Shown: positions 38,662-51,529 of the stretch, one piece after another
How the letters are laid out: every line of letters begins with the position of its first letter
Numbering within the stretch: position 1 is the stretch's first letter
Assembly (NCBI GenBank): GCA_964234715.1
Contig: OZ174286.1
Reading direction: 5' to 3' (one strand)
Source: Podarcis melisellensis
Lineage: Eukaryota
DNA length: 64,000 bases
Translations under genes and position numbers: made by a program
Notes under the pieces: generated by a model
What the model saw: the letters and a program-made list of their open reading frames with translations, nothing else
What the model was told of the DNA's origin: nothing
The model's database searches: none

Positions 38662-39581
38662 TGGTTCAAAATTGGGAAAGGAGTACGACAAGGCTGTACA
38701 TTGTCTCCCTGCTTATTTAACTTATATGCAGAATTCATTATGTGAAAGGCTGGGCTGGATGAATCCCAAGCCGGAATTAAGATTGCCGGAAGAAATATAA
38801 ACAACCTCAGATATGCAGATGACACAACCTTGATGGCAGAAATTGAGGAGGAATTAAAGAACCTCTTAATGAGGGTGAAAAAGGAGAGCGCAAAATATGG
38901 TCTGAAGCTCAACATCAAAAAAACGAAGATCATGGCCACTGGGCCCATCACCTCCTGGCAAATAGAAGGGGAAGAAATGGAGGCAGTGAGAGATTTTACT
39001 TTCTTGGGGTCCATGATCACTGCAGATGGTGACAGCAGCCACGAAATTAAAAGACGCCTGCTTCTTGGGAGAAAATCAATGACAAACCTAGACAGCATCT
39101 TAAAAAGCAGAGACATCACCTTGCCAGCAAAGGTTAAAGCTATGGTTTTCCCAGTAGTGATGTATGGAAGTGAGAGCTGGACCATAAAGAAGGCTGATCG
39201 CCAAAGAATTGATGCTTTTGAATTATGGTGTTGGAGGAGACTCTTGAGAGTCCCATGGACTGCAAGATCAAACCTCTCCATTCTTAAGGAAATCAGCCCT
39301 GAGGGCTCACTGGAAGGACAGATCCTGAAGCCGAGGCTCCAATACTTTGCCCACCTCATGAGAAGAGAAGACTCCCTGGAAAAGACCCTGATGTTGGGAA
39401 AGATGGAGGGCACAAGGAGAAGGGGACAACAGAGGACGAGATGGTTGGACAGTGTTCTCGAAGCTACCAGCATGAGTTTGACCTAACTGCGGGAGGCAGT
39501 GAAAGACAGGAGTGCCTGGTGTGCTCTGGTCCATGGGGTCACAAAGAGTCGGACACGACTAAATGACTAAACAACAACAAC
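38662..39581 (+). pseudogene. Bov-B (RTE) LINE, ~920-bp 3' fragment with a disrupted RT C-terminal half
   Basis: WFKIGKGVRQGC, NNLRYADDTTL, ORF 38830-39486. In-frame stop upstream of YADD and premature stop at the end. (CAA)n tail. Confidence 0.93.
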
Positions 39582-42500
39582 ACCTCCTCTGTTTTCAGCA
39601 CCTATTGAAGGTTTTCAGAACCTTTTTTCAACTAGCCTCTTAAATCAACATTTTTTAGCCCAATCTGTATCTACATCAGACTTGAAATTGCCTCTCCATA
39701 TGAAACAGTTTTACGTATGTTTCTGTTGCTGATGCTTTTCTTGTTAATTAGCGTTGGGTTGCTTAATAGGAAGCAACTCAGGAAGGAAATCAATAGATAA
39801 AATGCACAGATCGTTCCCATTATTTGTTTGTATATACAACAGAAGTTAATTGTAGACAAATGAATCCTTGCTTGGAGTACACATTTAGTCGAGAGGTATT
39901 CAGACTGAGACTTAGTATAAAATAAGAGAGCTTATGTTTATTGAAGGAAATGCGTTCTCGACAGGGAAGAGATCTGTAGTCCTAACTAACTAACTAGTTG
40001 GACAAACAAAGAAGCCATGCTTGTTCTTAGAAGATGTATCCAAGAAGACCTTGTCCCTCAAGGTTCAGAGAAAGTATGAGGAGGAGGAGGTTTTAAACTA
40101 GATGCAACTTAAGATGTATCAGTCTAAGGACAGGGAAAGGTCAGCATGGAGGTGAAAGGTGGTCTGGGAATCTGGAGGTTCCTTCATTCTTATCTGTTTA
40201 AGTCCATGCAAACCCCTTTCTGCAAGCTGAGCTGCACCCAAAGTTCCAACATTTTACCAGTCCTCAGGCTGTGAGTGCTGTTGCTGATATAGCCAACAAG
40301 ATCTACTACCTATGCACAGGAGGAAGGAGATCAGTGGAGATTTGGAGAAACATCAATATTTATTGGAACACAAACATTTTTTTTATTGTGGTGGTGGGGA
40401 CACCAAATTGTTTGTAAATCAAGAACCACCCCATTGAGGACTGAACATGCTCAGTGGCTATGGAATGTTGGCTTATTGTTGGCTGGGCTGGAATCCCAAA
40501 CGGCAGCATGTCACACTGCAACACTTTGTTGGAGACCCTAGTTGTGTCAAATGCTATTATTAACATAATCAGTGACAGACACTTTTGCTTCTGAAGTAGT
40601 GGATCAGAAGAGGCACGCAGCAGCAGAATAGACAAGGGGGAAGACACACACACACACACAAAATCAACTTCTAGGGCTGATCAGGGAGATGGCAACTCTC
40701 TCCCATACCAAATATATAATTATCTTGCAAGCAGAGGATGACTTCCAACCGTTATTCAGATCAAAGCAGTCTCATACCAGTGGTGAGTCATTCTTCGGTC
40801 TCATGTCCATCTTGTGCAGTGACTAACAAAAGGAAAAAGCTGTATTACGGTCAAGCCATGAAACAGTGGATCTTATAATGCATATGGACAAAGAAGCCAA
40901 ACAGAGATGGTTGAAAGAGCACTTAAAGAAGAAGAAGAAGGGAAAAAAACCAGGAATGTAGTTGTCATAGTAACCTTCAGCTTAACTAGCAAGATTGGAA
41001 AAATTCCTGTGGGCTTAAATAATGATAGTTTCCAACACCTCTTCATTGAATATTAGAACGTCCCAGTTGTAAGACTGAGGATATAAGTGCAAAACAATTG
41101 CAAACATTTCAGCATCCATCACCATAATTATCACATTCCAGGGCAATTCTCTGTCATATAAAAATAGCATTCCTTCCACCATGCATGCAAGCTAAGAAGC
41201 TGAAACACGGGAAAGTTATAGGTCATCAGCAGGGAGCAATGAGCAAAATCTAGTGTCACAGACTTTCTAGTTCTGTGGTACAGGCAATAGTACTCAAAGT
41301 AGTTTTGGAAATGGATGCATTTTGAAGCAGCTGCAAGTAAAATGGAGCTTACATTTCTTAAGAAATTAAAAGAGTCTGGATCGGACCCAATGCCCATCTG
41401 GTCAAGCATCCTGTTCTTACAGGGGCCAACCAGATACCCGTGGGAAGCCCCTGAGCAGGACATGAGTGCAAAAGTGCTCTCCCCACCTGTGATTCCCAGA
41501 ATCTGATATTCCATCACACGGCTGCTGTGGCTAATAGCAGCTGATAAGCCTTCTCTACCATGAATTTTTCCTGTCCTCCTTTAAAACCACCGCCAAGTTC
41601 TTGGCATTCATGGCATTTTGTGGGAGAAACCCCCATAGTTTTCTCTGTGTGAAGATTTTAAAATCAGATAGCGTTTGACTCATAACTTCTTAAAAATAAG
41701 GTGGCATTGCTTACCATTTCACCCTTATTTGTCACATGCAGTGCTGTTTCTGTTCCCCTCCAGTTCATCTTCTGCTAAAAACTACATTATCTGTCTTGCT
41801 GTGGTCCACTGTGATAAGATTACATAGTTTACATGACTAATTGCATAAATTACATCATTATCTTGTCATTACATTATTCCACCCCATTCATTTCAATGCA
41901 AAGGAACCACAATGCAGATGGTGGTGGGAATATAATCAATCATGGGCTGAATTGATTTCCTTTCTGGACATGGGACAAATATATGAGCATCAACAATTTC
42001 TGCTCCTGTTTCCATCTTCATTGGAATCCTCTGAGCAGCCCAGCCACTTAACAACCACAAAAATATGCAATTGCATTATAATAAAACAGAGTCTTTTTTA
42101 AAAGTTAACAACAGCTATAACAGACAATATAAAATAAGCAGATAAAAATAAGATCAGGGAAGAACATCAGCAAACTAAGCTGAAACCACCAACCTACTTC
42201 AGGGGAATATGATTAACTTGGGAAACCAAAGACCTGCACACAAAAAGTGTTTGCATCTGCTAGTGACAAACTGCTGGAGAGAAGGCTGGGTGGCTGTCTC
42301 CAGGAAGAGCATTCTACAGTTTGGGTGCTTCCATTCTCAAGAACTCCTGCATTGCACGGGGCTGGACAAGTTGCCCAATACAACTCTGGTTTTGCTGGGA
42401 TGCAGAGAACAGCCTCTCCTGAAGATCTCCAGGAATTTAGCAGTGAAATGTTCGAGGCATTGACACTGGCTGCCAAAAAACCCCGCTCCCCTTTCCCCTC

Positions 42501-43764
42501 TGAATATAGAAACACACATGTTTGCCCAGACTGGTGTGCGCTAAAGACATGGGGAGAGTGAAATGGCAGCAGTTCCCCCAGAAGATTCCTCCAACACACC
42601 AAATACACTATTTCCTACAGCCTTTAGATGGCACTATGCCCTCAAAGTAAATGGAAGGCAAAAGTTTTATGTAATGCTGAATTTGGAGAACAGGCCCGCT
42701 GGATGTAAAACACATCGCTTGGAAGCATCTCGCTTTGTTTCCTTTCCACTGGGGTGCCAGCTGAAGCATGCCATAGGTTCTGCGCTGAAGACAAAACAGG
42801 GTCTTTTGTGCTCGGAGCCAGTGACCGTTTGGTCTGTACGCATACGTTTTCTGCAGCTGGAAATCTAATCCTAGTGGAAAGGGGGGAAGAAAAACTGCTG
42901 GCAAGCTTCCTCTGCTTTCCATCTAACCTGTTGCTGGCCTTGTCTTGGCAAGGAACCCTGACAATCTGTAACGGACGGTTATTCATTGCCTGTGCTGACT
43001 AATATTTCCTGAGCTTTGGGGCTGCAGCTTGCTCCCTGAGTGGCTGCGTATAACCATATTTGTTAATTGGGCCCATAGTATTTTCTTTCGTCGGTTTGGC
43101 TAAACAAACGCTCCCATATCTTGGGAAGCAGGGCGACACTTTATTACTTCCACATATGGCTCTGAAGGGCTGTGATACAGAGGAACACAATGTGCTTAAG
43201 CCAACAGGAAGCTTAAAAAAAGAAACATGTCGAAAAGGCTCGAACAAACTTGTTTGTCTTCCCACCAAGCCTCTTGTCATTTGCTCTGGCAAGCCGGTTG
43301 TGGATTGAAACATTGGAGTGAAACCAAGGAACAAAACTGCCGAGGGAAGCATGAAAAGAAAAAAGAAAAAGGAGGAGGGAAAAACCTAGCATGGAAGCCT
43401 TGAGTTTCCATGTGGCGTTTCTGTATTTTTAGTTTGACAAGTCAGATACCGTGAAGGAGTAGCTTCCTCTCTGTGGTGACCCCAGAATCCTTCAGAGGCA
43501 AACTCACACTTTCCAAACAACTTGAGGCCTCTACCCAATGATATGTCTGGCTGTTTCCAAATCGAAAGGTGATTGATCACCTCTCTGCAAAGCCTGGCCC
43601 TGTGAAGCTCCTCCTTGGCTGTTCCTTTCCTTTTCTTCTCAAACTCCTCCCATCAGCCTCTTCTTTTTATTCCCCTGGACCACCACCTTTCGCAATCTTG
43701 AACCAGGACCTCAAGTTCCCATTGGTCTGCTACCTTCTCAGTTCCTTGGGAAGATGCCTTAAAC

Positions 43765-43900
43765 CAGGCTTCCTCAACCTTGGCCCTCCAGGTGTTGTTG
43801 GCCTACAACTCCCATGATCCCTAGCTAGCAGGACCAGTGGTCAGGGATGATGGGAATTGTAGTCTCAAAACATCTGGAGGGCCAAGGTTGAGGAAGCCTG
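43765..43900. mobile_element. Palindromic hAT MITE, best-preserved copy (136 bp)
   Basis: TIR caggcttcctcaaccttggccctccag / ctggagggccaaggttgaggaagcctg. 8-bp TSD ccttaaac / cattaaac. Confidence 0.88.
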
Positions 43901-46540
43901 CATTAAACCATTGATTTGTCTAGCTCAGTACTCTCTACATTGATTGGCAGCACCAGAGGCTCTCCAGACTTTCGGACAATGGACATTTCCAACCCTGCTT
44001 TGAAATGGCTGGGCCCATGATCTTTCTATATCTATATTTCTGGGGCCTTCTACCTGCCTTGACTCTCTAGGATTAGACAACTCATCCATGCAGACAAATA
44101 CACAGCCAGCCACATTTGAGGAAGCCCTGAGGTGGTGTCTTATGGATCCATGCTACATCAATGAGCCCTATTGGGCTTATGTGGCCCAGGCAACAGTAGC
44201 AGTAGTACAGTGATCAGGCAGGTTGCCTGGCGCTGGGGATGGAAGGGTCTATGAGGTTTGGTTTTTCGGATTTCTCATTTTTTCAGTCTTAAATTCAGTC
44301 TTCCACATCTCTGCAGCGATTCATGTTGATTTTTTTAAGCCCTCATTAAAAGCACACCAGTGTTTCTTTGTATATAGTTTCAACTAATGTACCTGTTTTT
44401 GCAAGCAGTTTTCCCATATATAATGCACGTTCCTATCTTCATTTTCACCAATATCTCCATTTTTATGCATGCTTTCCTCAAATATATGCAATTGGTTTGT
44501 AAATGTTGGTTGGTTGGAGAAGAGAACTGCAAAATTCAGAAAAGTGTCTGTGTTTCAGTTTTTATATTGTTTCACAAAGTGAAAATTGAATGGACTTGAC
44601 TTCATATGTGAACTGCATCAGATTTCTCCCTTACCTTTTCTTTGAACTGCCATCAATCGAATTGCCCACGATGCCCATATTAAGTCACATTAAGCACACC
44701 TTTGCTCCAAGGATCTCAAAGCAGTACACATGGTTCCCTGCCTCCCAACACACACACACACACACACACTTTATGCTCATGACAAGTAAGATTGATTAGG
44801 TAGTGAGTTAGGTCACATCCACACCATACATTTACAGCAATTACAGTCATGGTTTTCCCCAAAGCTTCCTGGAAACTCTAGTTTGTTAAGGATGCTGGGA
44901 GTTGATAGGACACCCCCTATTCCCCTCATGAAGCTGTCATTCCCAGAGTGGGTTAACCATATCTTCACAGGAAACTCATGGAATTGTGGCTCTGTGAGGG
45001 GAATTATAATACATTTGCCTTTATTTGTCTAAGGAAATTTGCATGCAAATGTCAGCTCTTGGGTATATACTACTTTCCAGATTGAGAATCTATGGGAATA
45101 TATGTGCCTCCAAATGCACACGGGATGGGTGATTATTGTCCATTGACACTCTATTCTTCTGAACATGATCAGGATTACTCCCAATTTTCTAAATGAAAAA
45201 TATTCAGACAATAGGCTGAAGATCTTAGGTCATAACTGAACATCCATAGAATTCTGCTGCCAGTCTTGTTTCCATCAAGATACGTATCGCTGGGCTATTT
45301 TCAGAGTGCTAACTAGAAATTGGGCAGTCGGTCTAGGGGCACAGCTGACATAGTGAGAAGCCAGCCATTTTCTCAGAGTAATGACCCCTTGCACTGAATT
45401 GGATGGAGTGACACACTCCATTTCGGCTTTTCTCCTGATTCCCCTCAAGTTGCCCTAACCTGCTCCTGGAGTCTTCTAGGTAGGACTGTGAAGGAAATAA
45501 GGCTAGATACCTCAGCATTGACACCAGAGTGTATTATATTGCTTTTTCCAGCTCACCTGACTTGCTCTTTTCTGAATACACTTAAGCTTCAGCTGTATCA
45601 TTGTGTTTTAGTTTCCTGTAGAAATGAGTGTGGGCAAAAAGGTGAAGCACTAATAGGCCTTGCAGCTGCTGCAAAATATTTTCCTTGGCCGCTGTGAGTA
45701 AGTGGAAAGCCTTGCCGCAAGTTGTTACTGTTCCTATGGAATATGGAGAATGAAGGCTGAGAAATGTGCCAAGGACCTGGGCATAAAGCCTCTGCTCTCG
45801 CATGGAATGTCGACATTTTTGGGGGAATTACTTTCTGTTCTAAGTAATCATGGCGGATTTGAGGAGACAGGAGGAGGTTTCGGGGCAGACTGTATCGGGG
45901 ACTTGTGGCCTGGCCTTCACCACTTTGTTTACACTGCAATAAACAGCTTGTAGATTCACCGGATCGTTTTTGGTTGCATATGACAGACACCAGACACCTA
46001 AACCCGCACCACACCAGCTTAAATGCAGCTTAGTTCCCACTAAGGTAATAAATCTATGTCTGGGCTATACCACTTCAGGCTAGGGATGAGGCAAGGATTG
46101 GAAGCAGGCCTGAGCTTGGATTGTTGTGAGCAGAACTAAGGCAGCCATCATCAAGTGAGTACCTCATACAAAACTTGCTATATAAGGGCCAAGGACTCTT
46201 CTACGCTAGCAAAAATAAAAGGCCCAACATTCAGCCCCTAACATCTCTAGGCAGGGCTGGGGAAGAGATGTTTCTGAAACTTCGAATAGCTGCTGCAAGC
46301 ATACCTTCCAACATTTTCACCCCCAGAACTGGGACATCAGGAGGGGCGTGCTTTCTGGTCTGATGCTCAGGCAATCATCTCTGCAGGGTCATCCCAGAGC
46401 ACCGGAAGGAAAAACATGAGATTCTGTGATCCAGGCAGAAGCTGGGATTGGCTTCTTTGATCCAGGATTTCCCATTTAAAATGAGACACTTGCAAGGTCT
46501 GTGACAGTCATGGTAGACAAGGCTGAGCTTCCTATGTGTT

Positions 46541-46850
46541 AAAGGTAAAGGGACCCCTGAACATTAGGTCCAGTCGTGAACGACTCATCTAGCTTTATTG
46601 GCCGAGGGAGCCAGCATACAGCTTCCGGGACATGTGGCGAACCAGAGCAGTGCACGGAAACACTGTTTACTTTCCTGCCAGAGCGGTACCTATTTATCTA
46701 CTTGCACTTTGATGTGCTTTCAAACTGCTAGGTTGGCAGGAGCAGGGACCGAGCAACGGGAGCTCACCCCATCGTGGGGATTCGAACCGCCGACCTTCTG
46801 ATCGGCAAGTCCTAGGCTCTGTGGTTTAACCCATATTGCCACCTGCATCC
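46541..46850 (-). mobile_element. Sauria SINE with two internal deletions
   Basis: tRNA-like head, ACCTTT tail, TSD cttcctatgtgtt at 46528 and 46851. Confidence 0.9.
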
Positions 46851-46864
46851 CTTCCTATGTGTTG

Positions 46865-47214
46865 TAAAGGTAAAGGGACCCCTGACCATTAGGTCCAGTC
46901 GTGGCCGACTCTGGGGTTGTGGCGCTCAGCTCACTTTATTGGCCGAGGGAGCAAGCGTACAGCTTCCGGGTCATGTGGCTAGCATGACTAAGCTGCTTCT
47001 GGCGAACCAGAGCAGTGCACGGAAACACCGTTTACCTTCCTGCCAGAGTGGTTCCTATTTATCTACTTGCACTTTGACGTGCTTTCAAATTGCTAGGTTG
47101 GCAGGAGCAGGGACCGAGCAATGGGAGCTCACCCCGTCGCGGGGATTAGTACCGCCGACCTTCTGATCAGCAAGTCCTAGGCTCTGTGGTTTAACCCACA
47201 GCGCCACCCGCATC
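46865..47214 (-). mobile_element. Sauria SINE, full length
   Basis: Directly adjacent second copy. TSD tcctatgtgtt at 46853 and 47213. Confidence 0.92.
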
Positions 47215-47739
47215 CTATGTGTTAGGGGGACATTAATCCCTCCCACCTCTGCACCCCACCTCTACCCCTTCCACCAACAAAATGCCCCCCAACTCAGTGA
47301 GATCTGGGGTGTTCCACAAGGCATAGATGCTTCATAGGTGGTCTTCCCCACCCAAGGGTTGGATAATAAGAGCAGCAATGACACGGGAGCTATCTCTTGT
47401 GGTTCCACTGCCCTAGGCAGGTGCTTCAACCCTCCTCATCGGTGGTCTGGCTCTGCACTCACCCACTCACATATTCAGCTGGTGGAAGGGTGAAGCAATG
47501 GCAATGAAGCAAATCTTGTAACATTGCACCAGTGTAAGGCAGGCAACTGCCCTAGCCAGGAGAAATGGTTGGAGGGACACCTTCACTCACTCCAACCCCT
47601 CAAGCCCAGTAGAAGAATGAATGGGCCTGGATTGCTCTGTGAGTCCTCCTGAGTTCAATGGAACTTAAGTGTATATATAGGAAAACAGCCTAATACCAAT
47701 AAAATCTCCCATTAGTTTCATGGAATGCAATCCGATATT

Positions 47740-48222
47740 CTTGGGAGGTCCTAGGTCTCAAGAAGGTTAGACTGGCTTCGACCAGAGCCAGGGCCCTTTC
47801 AGCCCTGGCCCCAGTCTGGTGGAAAGCTCTGTTGCAAGAGACCAGGGCCCTATGGGACTTGACATCTTTCCGCAGGGCCTGCAAGACAGAGCTGTTCCGC
47901 CACGCCTTTGGTCGAGGCTCAGTCTGACCCGTCTCCTTTTACAAGACCCTGCATATAAGTGGCTTCTCTAATTCTTCTCACCGGCTCATACAAATAGCTG
48001 AGCCTTGTGAGTACTTAAGGTTCCCAACCCCTATAGTTATAGTTATAATTTGCGGGTACCATCTGATCTTATTTTGATTTTAATCCGATTTTAAGCTGTA
48101 TTTCAGTCAATTGCTGAATTTTATGTCTTTTCGTATCATATATTTTTTGATGTTAGCTGCCCTGAGCCTGGTTCTGGCCAGGGAGGGCGGGATATAAATA
48201 AAATTTATTTTTATTATTATTA
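47740..48222 (+). mobile_element. L2-type LINE 3' end
   Basis: RARALSALAPVWWKAL-like C-terminus, then a 3' UTR ending 'gggcgggatataaataaa' plus (TTA)n. Confidence 0.65.
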
Positions 48223-48349
48223 AAGTACAGTAGGAATGTCTTTTGGGCAAAGACCAGAAAACAACCCCCTCCCCCCCCCGAAAGAGAAACCTCAAAAGCA
48301 CCCTATACTAAGGCATTTTAATGTACCATCTTTCTACATTTTTATTTTT

Positions 48350-48700
48350 TATGTAACAGCAGAGAAATGTGGGTTGTTTTAAAGGAAAGCCTGTTATTTA
48401 TTAACCGAACGCAGCAGTTCAATAATTCCAATCCATTAGTCATCTGCTCAGATCAAGTTAAAGTCAGCCCAAGACAGATTTATGCTTGCTGCTCCTAACA
48501 AACAATGGGGACTCTTGCCTTTCGTAGCTGTTGAATGTTTGTCAGCTTTTAAACAATGGGATGAGTAGATGTGTATGCGCTGTCGCCTTTTTGACAGCTC
48601 TGTGTCATCGATATCAATGACAGAAATGTAATGTTTGCTTTAGACAGCTGTTGCTGTATTTGTCCCAGGAGTATGAGTTTTCTACCTCTCCTCCTCCAGC
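48350..48700. promoter_or_regulatory. Candidate conserved enhancer (SOX and MEIS/TALE motifs)
   Basis: Two 'aaacaatggg' SOX sites, several TGACAG/TGTCA sites, retained CpGs, no TE features. Confidence 0.4.
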
Positions 48701-49032
48701 TATATTACTTTTCCTGTTCATGTCTTTTTGCCACCTCTGTTCTATAGAAGCTAATCTGCTATTGACCCCTTTGGAGCAGTAGTGTAGTGGCAAGCTCAGA
48801 TGTGCAGGCTCCCTTCATGAGAGACACAGCCTTCTAAAATTCCACAACCTTCTAAGATTATACAATCATCTTACAGCAATAAGAATTAAGGATGCAGTGC
48901 AATGATCAATGCAGATCTCCTCATGTTTAAAAAGGTGAAAATCCAGACACCAAAGCTGTTGGTCTATTTTTAGTTTTGCCCAAGGTTTTTGAGCAATTTC
49001 AAAGGAATTTCACCAAAATTTACACTTCTGAC

Positions 49033-49136
49033 ATGGGTTGCCATACATCCGGATTTAAGCGATTTCCGCCCGGGCCTTGCTACAGATAGCCAAGTCCCAA
49101 CTATGTCCAGGAAATTCCGGACATATAGCAACCCTA
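49033..49136. mobile_element. Small hAT-like MITE
   Basis: TIRs gggttgccatacatccgga / tccggacatatagcaaccc. Confidence 0.6.
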
Positions 49137-49337
49137 CCACATATTATGTTTCAGCTAGATGCACTCTTTTCTTTCAACTTTCTGGGGAGTCACATGTCAA
49201 ACTGGGTGTGGCTAAAGTATATAAGTAGGTGTGGTAAGAACGTTCTCAAAGCAGCCTTTCAAAATGCTCTCCTCCCCATTCCTATTGGGAGACTGTGTTT
49301 TCAAGAGCAGCAGTGGGCAACCTGAGGCCACCTAGAT

Positions 49338-49574
49338 CAGGGGTCAGCAACCTTTTTCAGTCCACCGTCCCTCAGAACATGTGGTGGGCTGGACTATAAT
49401 TTGGGGGAAAATGAACAAATTCCTATGCCCCATAAATAACCCAGAGATGCATTTTAAATAAAAGCACACATTCTACTCATGTAAAAACTTGCTGATTCCC
49501 GAACTGTCTGCGGGCCGGATTGAGAAGGCAATTGGGCTGCATCTGGCCCCCAGGCCCTAGGTTGTCTACCCCTG
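49338..49574. mobile_element. hAT (Charlie-like) MITE nested inside a palindromic MITE (~49308-49690)
   Basis: TIRs caggggtcagcaacc / ggttgtctacccctg. Perfect 8-bp TSD acctagat. Confidence 0.88.
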
Positions 49575-51184
49575 ACCTAGATGAACTTGGATTCAAAATC
49601 CCATCGGCCCCAGTAGGTATGACCAACGGTTAGGGATGATGGAATCTACAGTCCAACAACATCTGGAGGGCCAGAGGCTCCCCTTTCCTAACCAGGAGCA
49701 TACTAGAGATCACAGTATTATGTTTTTTACTGCCTCAAAAGAAGCAATGTGCTGGACCAATAACATGTTAATGTTTCTAGCACTCTTTGGAATGCATCCC
49801 TTCCCGACTTTCTTCTGCATTAGACAGAGCCAATATAGATTATGCCATTAAACCTGGAGCCAATCCACAGATCGTACAGCTCCTCTGAACAATATACTTT
49901 CACAATGAAAGACTCACACTCGTATAAAAGAATTGCATCCAATTTTACCTGTCTGGAACTGTGAGTACTCATTTTTTGCTTAACTGATAAGTGCCTGCAT
50001 TTTCTTCTGTTGTTATGCAGGACTAAAGTGTAGGGTGTATTCCAGTTCAGAGACGGTGGGGTTTATTTTATTTTTTTGCCAGAGAGAGGAGGTACAGTAT
50101 ATTCCTTTTTATTGCCTCATTTCCCTTTAGAACTGATTTTCTCTCCCTAAAACACTTCACCCTAATCAGCGAAATGAGGACAGCTGCATGTGGCCCTGCT
50201 GAATGAAGGCCCCAAAGTTCAGTTTTCACTAGATGTCTACTAGATGCTTATAGGAAGCCCACAACTCAGACATGATTTCAACATCACTCTCTCATGCTTG
50301 TTCCCCAGCAGTTGGCATTCAGGAGTATACTGTCTCCAACAGTGAAGGTATACATGGCTAGTAGCCATTGATAGTCTTATTCTCCGTGAATAAATGGTGT
50401 CCAAACTGGTGATCATCACTGCATCTTCTGGGCTCTAATTTCATTGTTATGTACTGTGTGAAGATGTAGCTATTTTGGGCTGTTCTGAATCTTCCACGGT
50501 TCATCTTCACGGGAAGAGAGGGGGAAAAACACTTATTTCTGTTCACTTTCTCCCCTCGTGCATCATTTTATATCATCGACTCAATAAATCTTGGGTCTGT
50601 GTCCATCAAGACTGATTTTTATATTTTTATGCTATTGCATTTTTTAAAGAAACAATTGAGTATGTCATAGCTTAGCCTACTTCTTGCAGTAACTGGCATG
50701 GTAAATAAGGAAGTCAAGAATGCGAAAGTGCCCTATGAATAGAAAAGCAAATAATTAAGTGTAATTCTGAAGTCAAGCCAACAAGAAGAGCTATCGGCAT
50801 CTGCATACGTTGAGACTGTTGCCTCGGGGCAGCCCATGCCAACCATTTAAATGGAGACACCTTCCCTATGCCAAGATAAATAAACAAATCAGACCAAACC
50901 ATGACGGGATCTACAGATTTCCTATGTATCTTGGCGCAAAGACAAGCTTTTGCAGAAGGAAGATTTGGAGAATGGGAAATGTCAGCCCTTCTGTGCAAGT
51001 TTTTCCTCTTGGTATTTTGGAAATGAAAAATGGATAACAACGGAGGAGCCAGCGTTGCTCAGAGGAAATAGCTTAGTAGTGTGGTCAGATGCTGAAAGGT
51101 CTACAACTGAGATAAAAACATAACACTGAGATGATATGAGAACGGTGAGTATTGCTGTTCACTCAGAGTCCAAAGTTACAACTG

Positions 51185-51280
51185 TGGACTGTAGCCCGGA
51201 AAGAGGAATGGAAGGAAAGGAAGGTCTGAGCTAGGTCGCACTTTCTTTTCCTTCCATTTCTCTTTCCGGGCTACAGTCCA
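51185..51280 (+). other. 96-nt near-perfect hairpin (40-bp arms, 16-nt loop); candidate pre-miRNA/hairpin RNA or tiny MITE
   Basis: tggactgtagcccggaaagaggaatggaaggaaaggaagg pairs with ctttcttttccttccatttctctttccgggctacagtcca. The three non-Watson-Crick positions are all G-U on +. Confidence refers to the inverted repeat, not to function. Confidence 0.85.
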
Positions 51281-51357
51281 AAATAGGTCAGACTTGGTGC
51301 ATACCTTGATAGCCTTCTTCAGGGTCACACTGTTTATATCTTTTTGAGAGTCATTAC

Positions 51358-51529
51358 CAGTGCTTTTTTCCTAAAAAAAATGTTTAGGGGTACTCTCATT
51401 TTGACTCAAGAAAACCACAATGTTATAGTTCAAATCAGGAGAAAGAAATACAGTAATGAACAAAAGTACAAAGATTCACAAAATGTTTAAGGGTATGTGT
51501 ACTCTGCGTTCCCCCAGAAAAAAGCACTC
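51358..51529. mobile_element. hAT non-autonomous element
   Basis: TIRs cagtgcttttttc / gaaaaaagcactc. 8-bp TSD gtcattac / gtcactac. Confidence 0.8.

Noticed and set aside
38538-39473. 311-aa minus-strand ORF (similar ones at 20463 and 16204)
   Set aside because: Antisense frame of Bov-B, reproduced in each copy; not an independent gene.
39851-40251. Possible TGT...ACA solo LTR
   Set aside because: Flanks ttaat / tttta do not form a TSD, so support is insufficient.
42247-42561. 104-aa ORF with a protein-looking stretch (SPEDLQEFSSEMFEAL)
   Set aside because: No recognisable family and no convincing splice sites.
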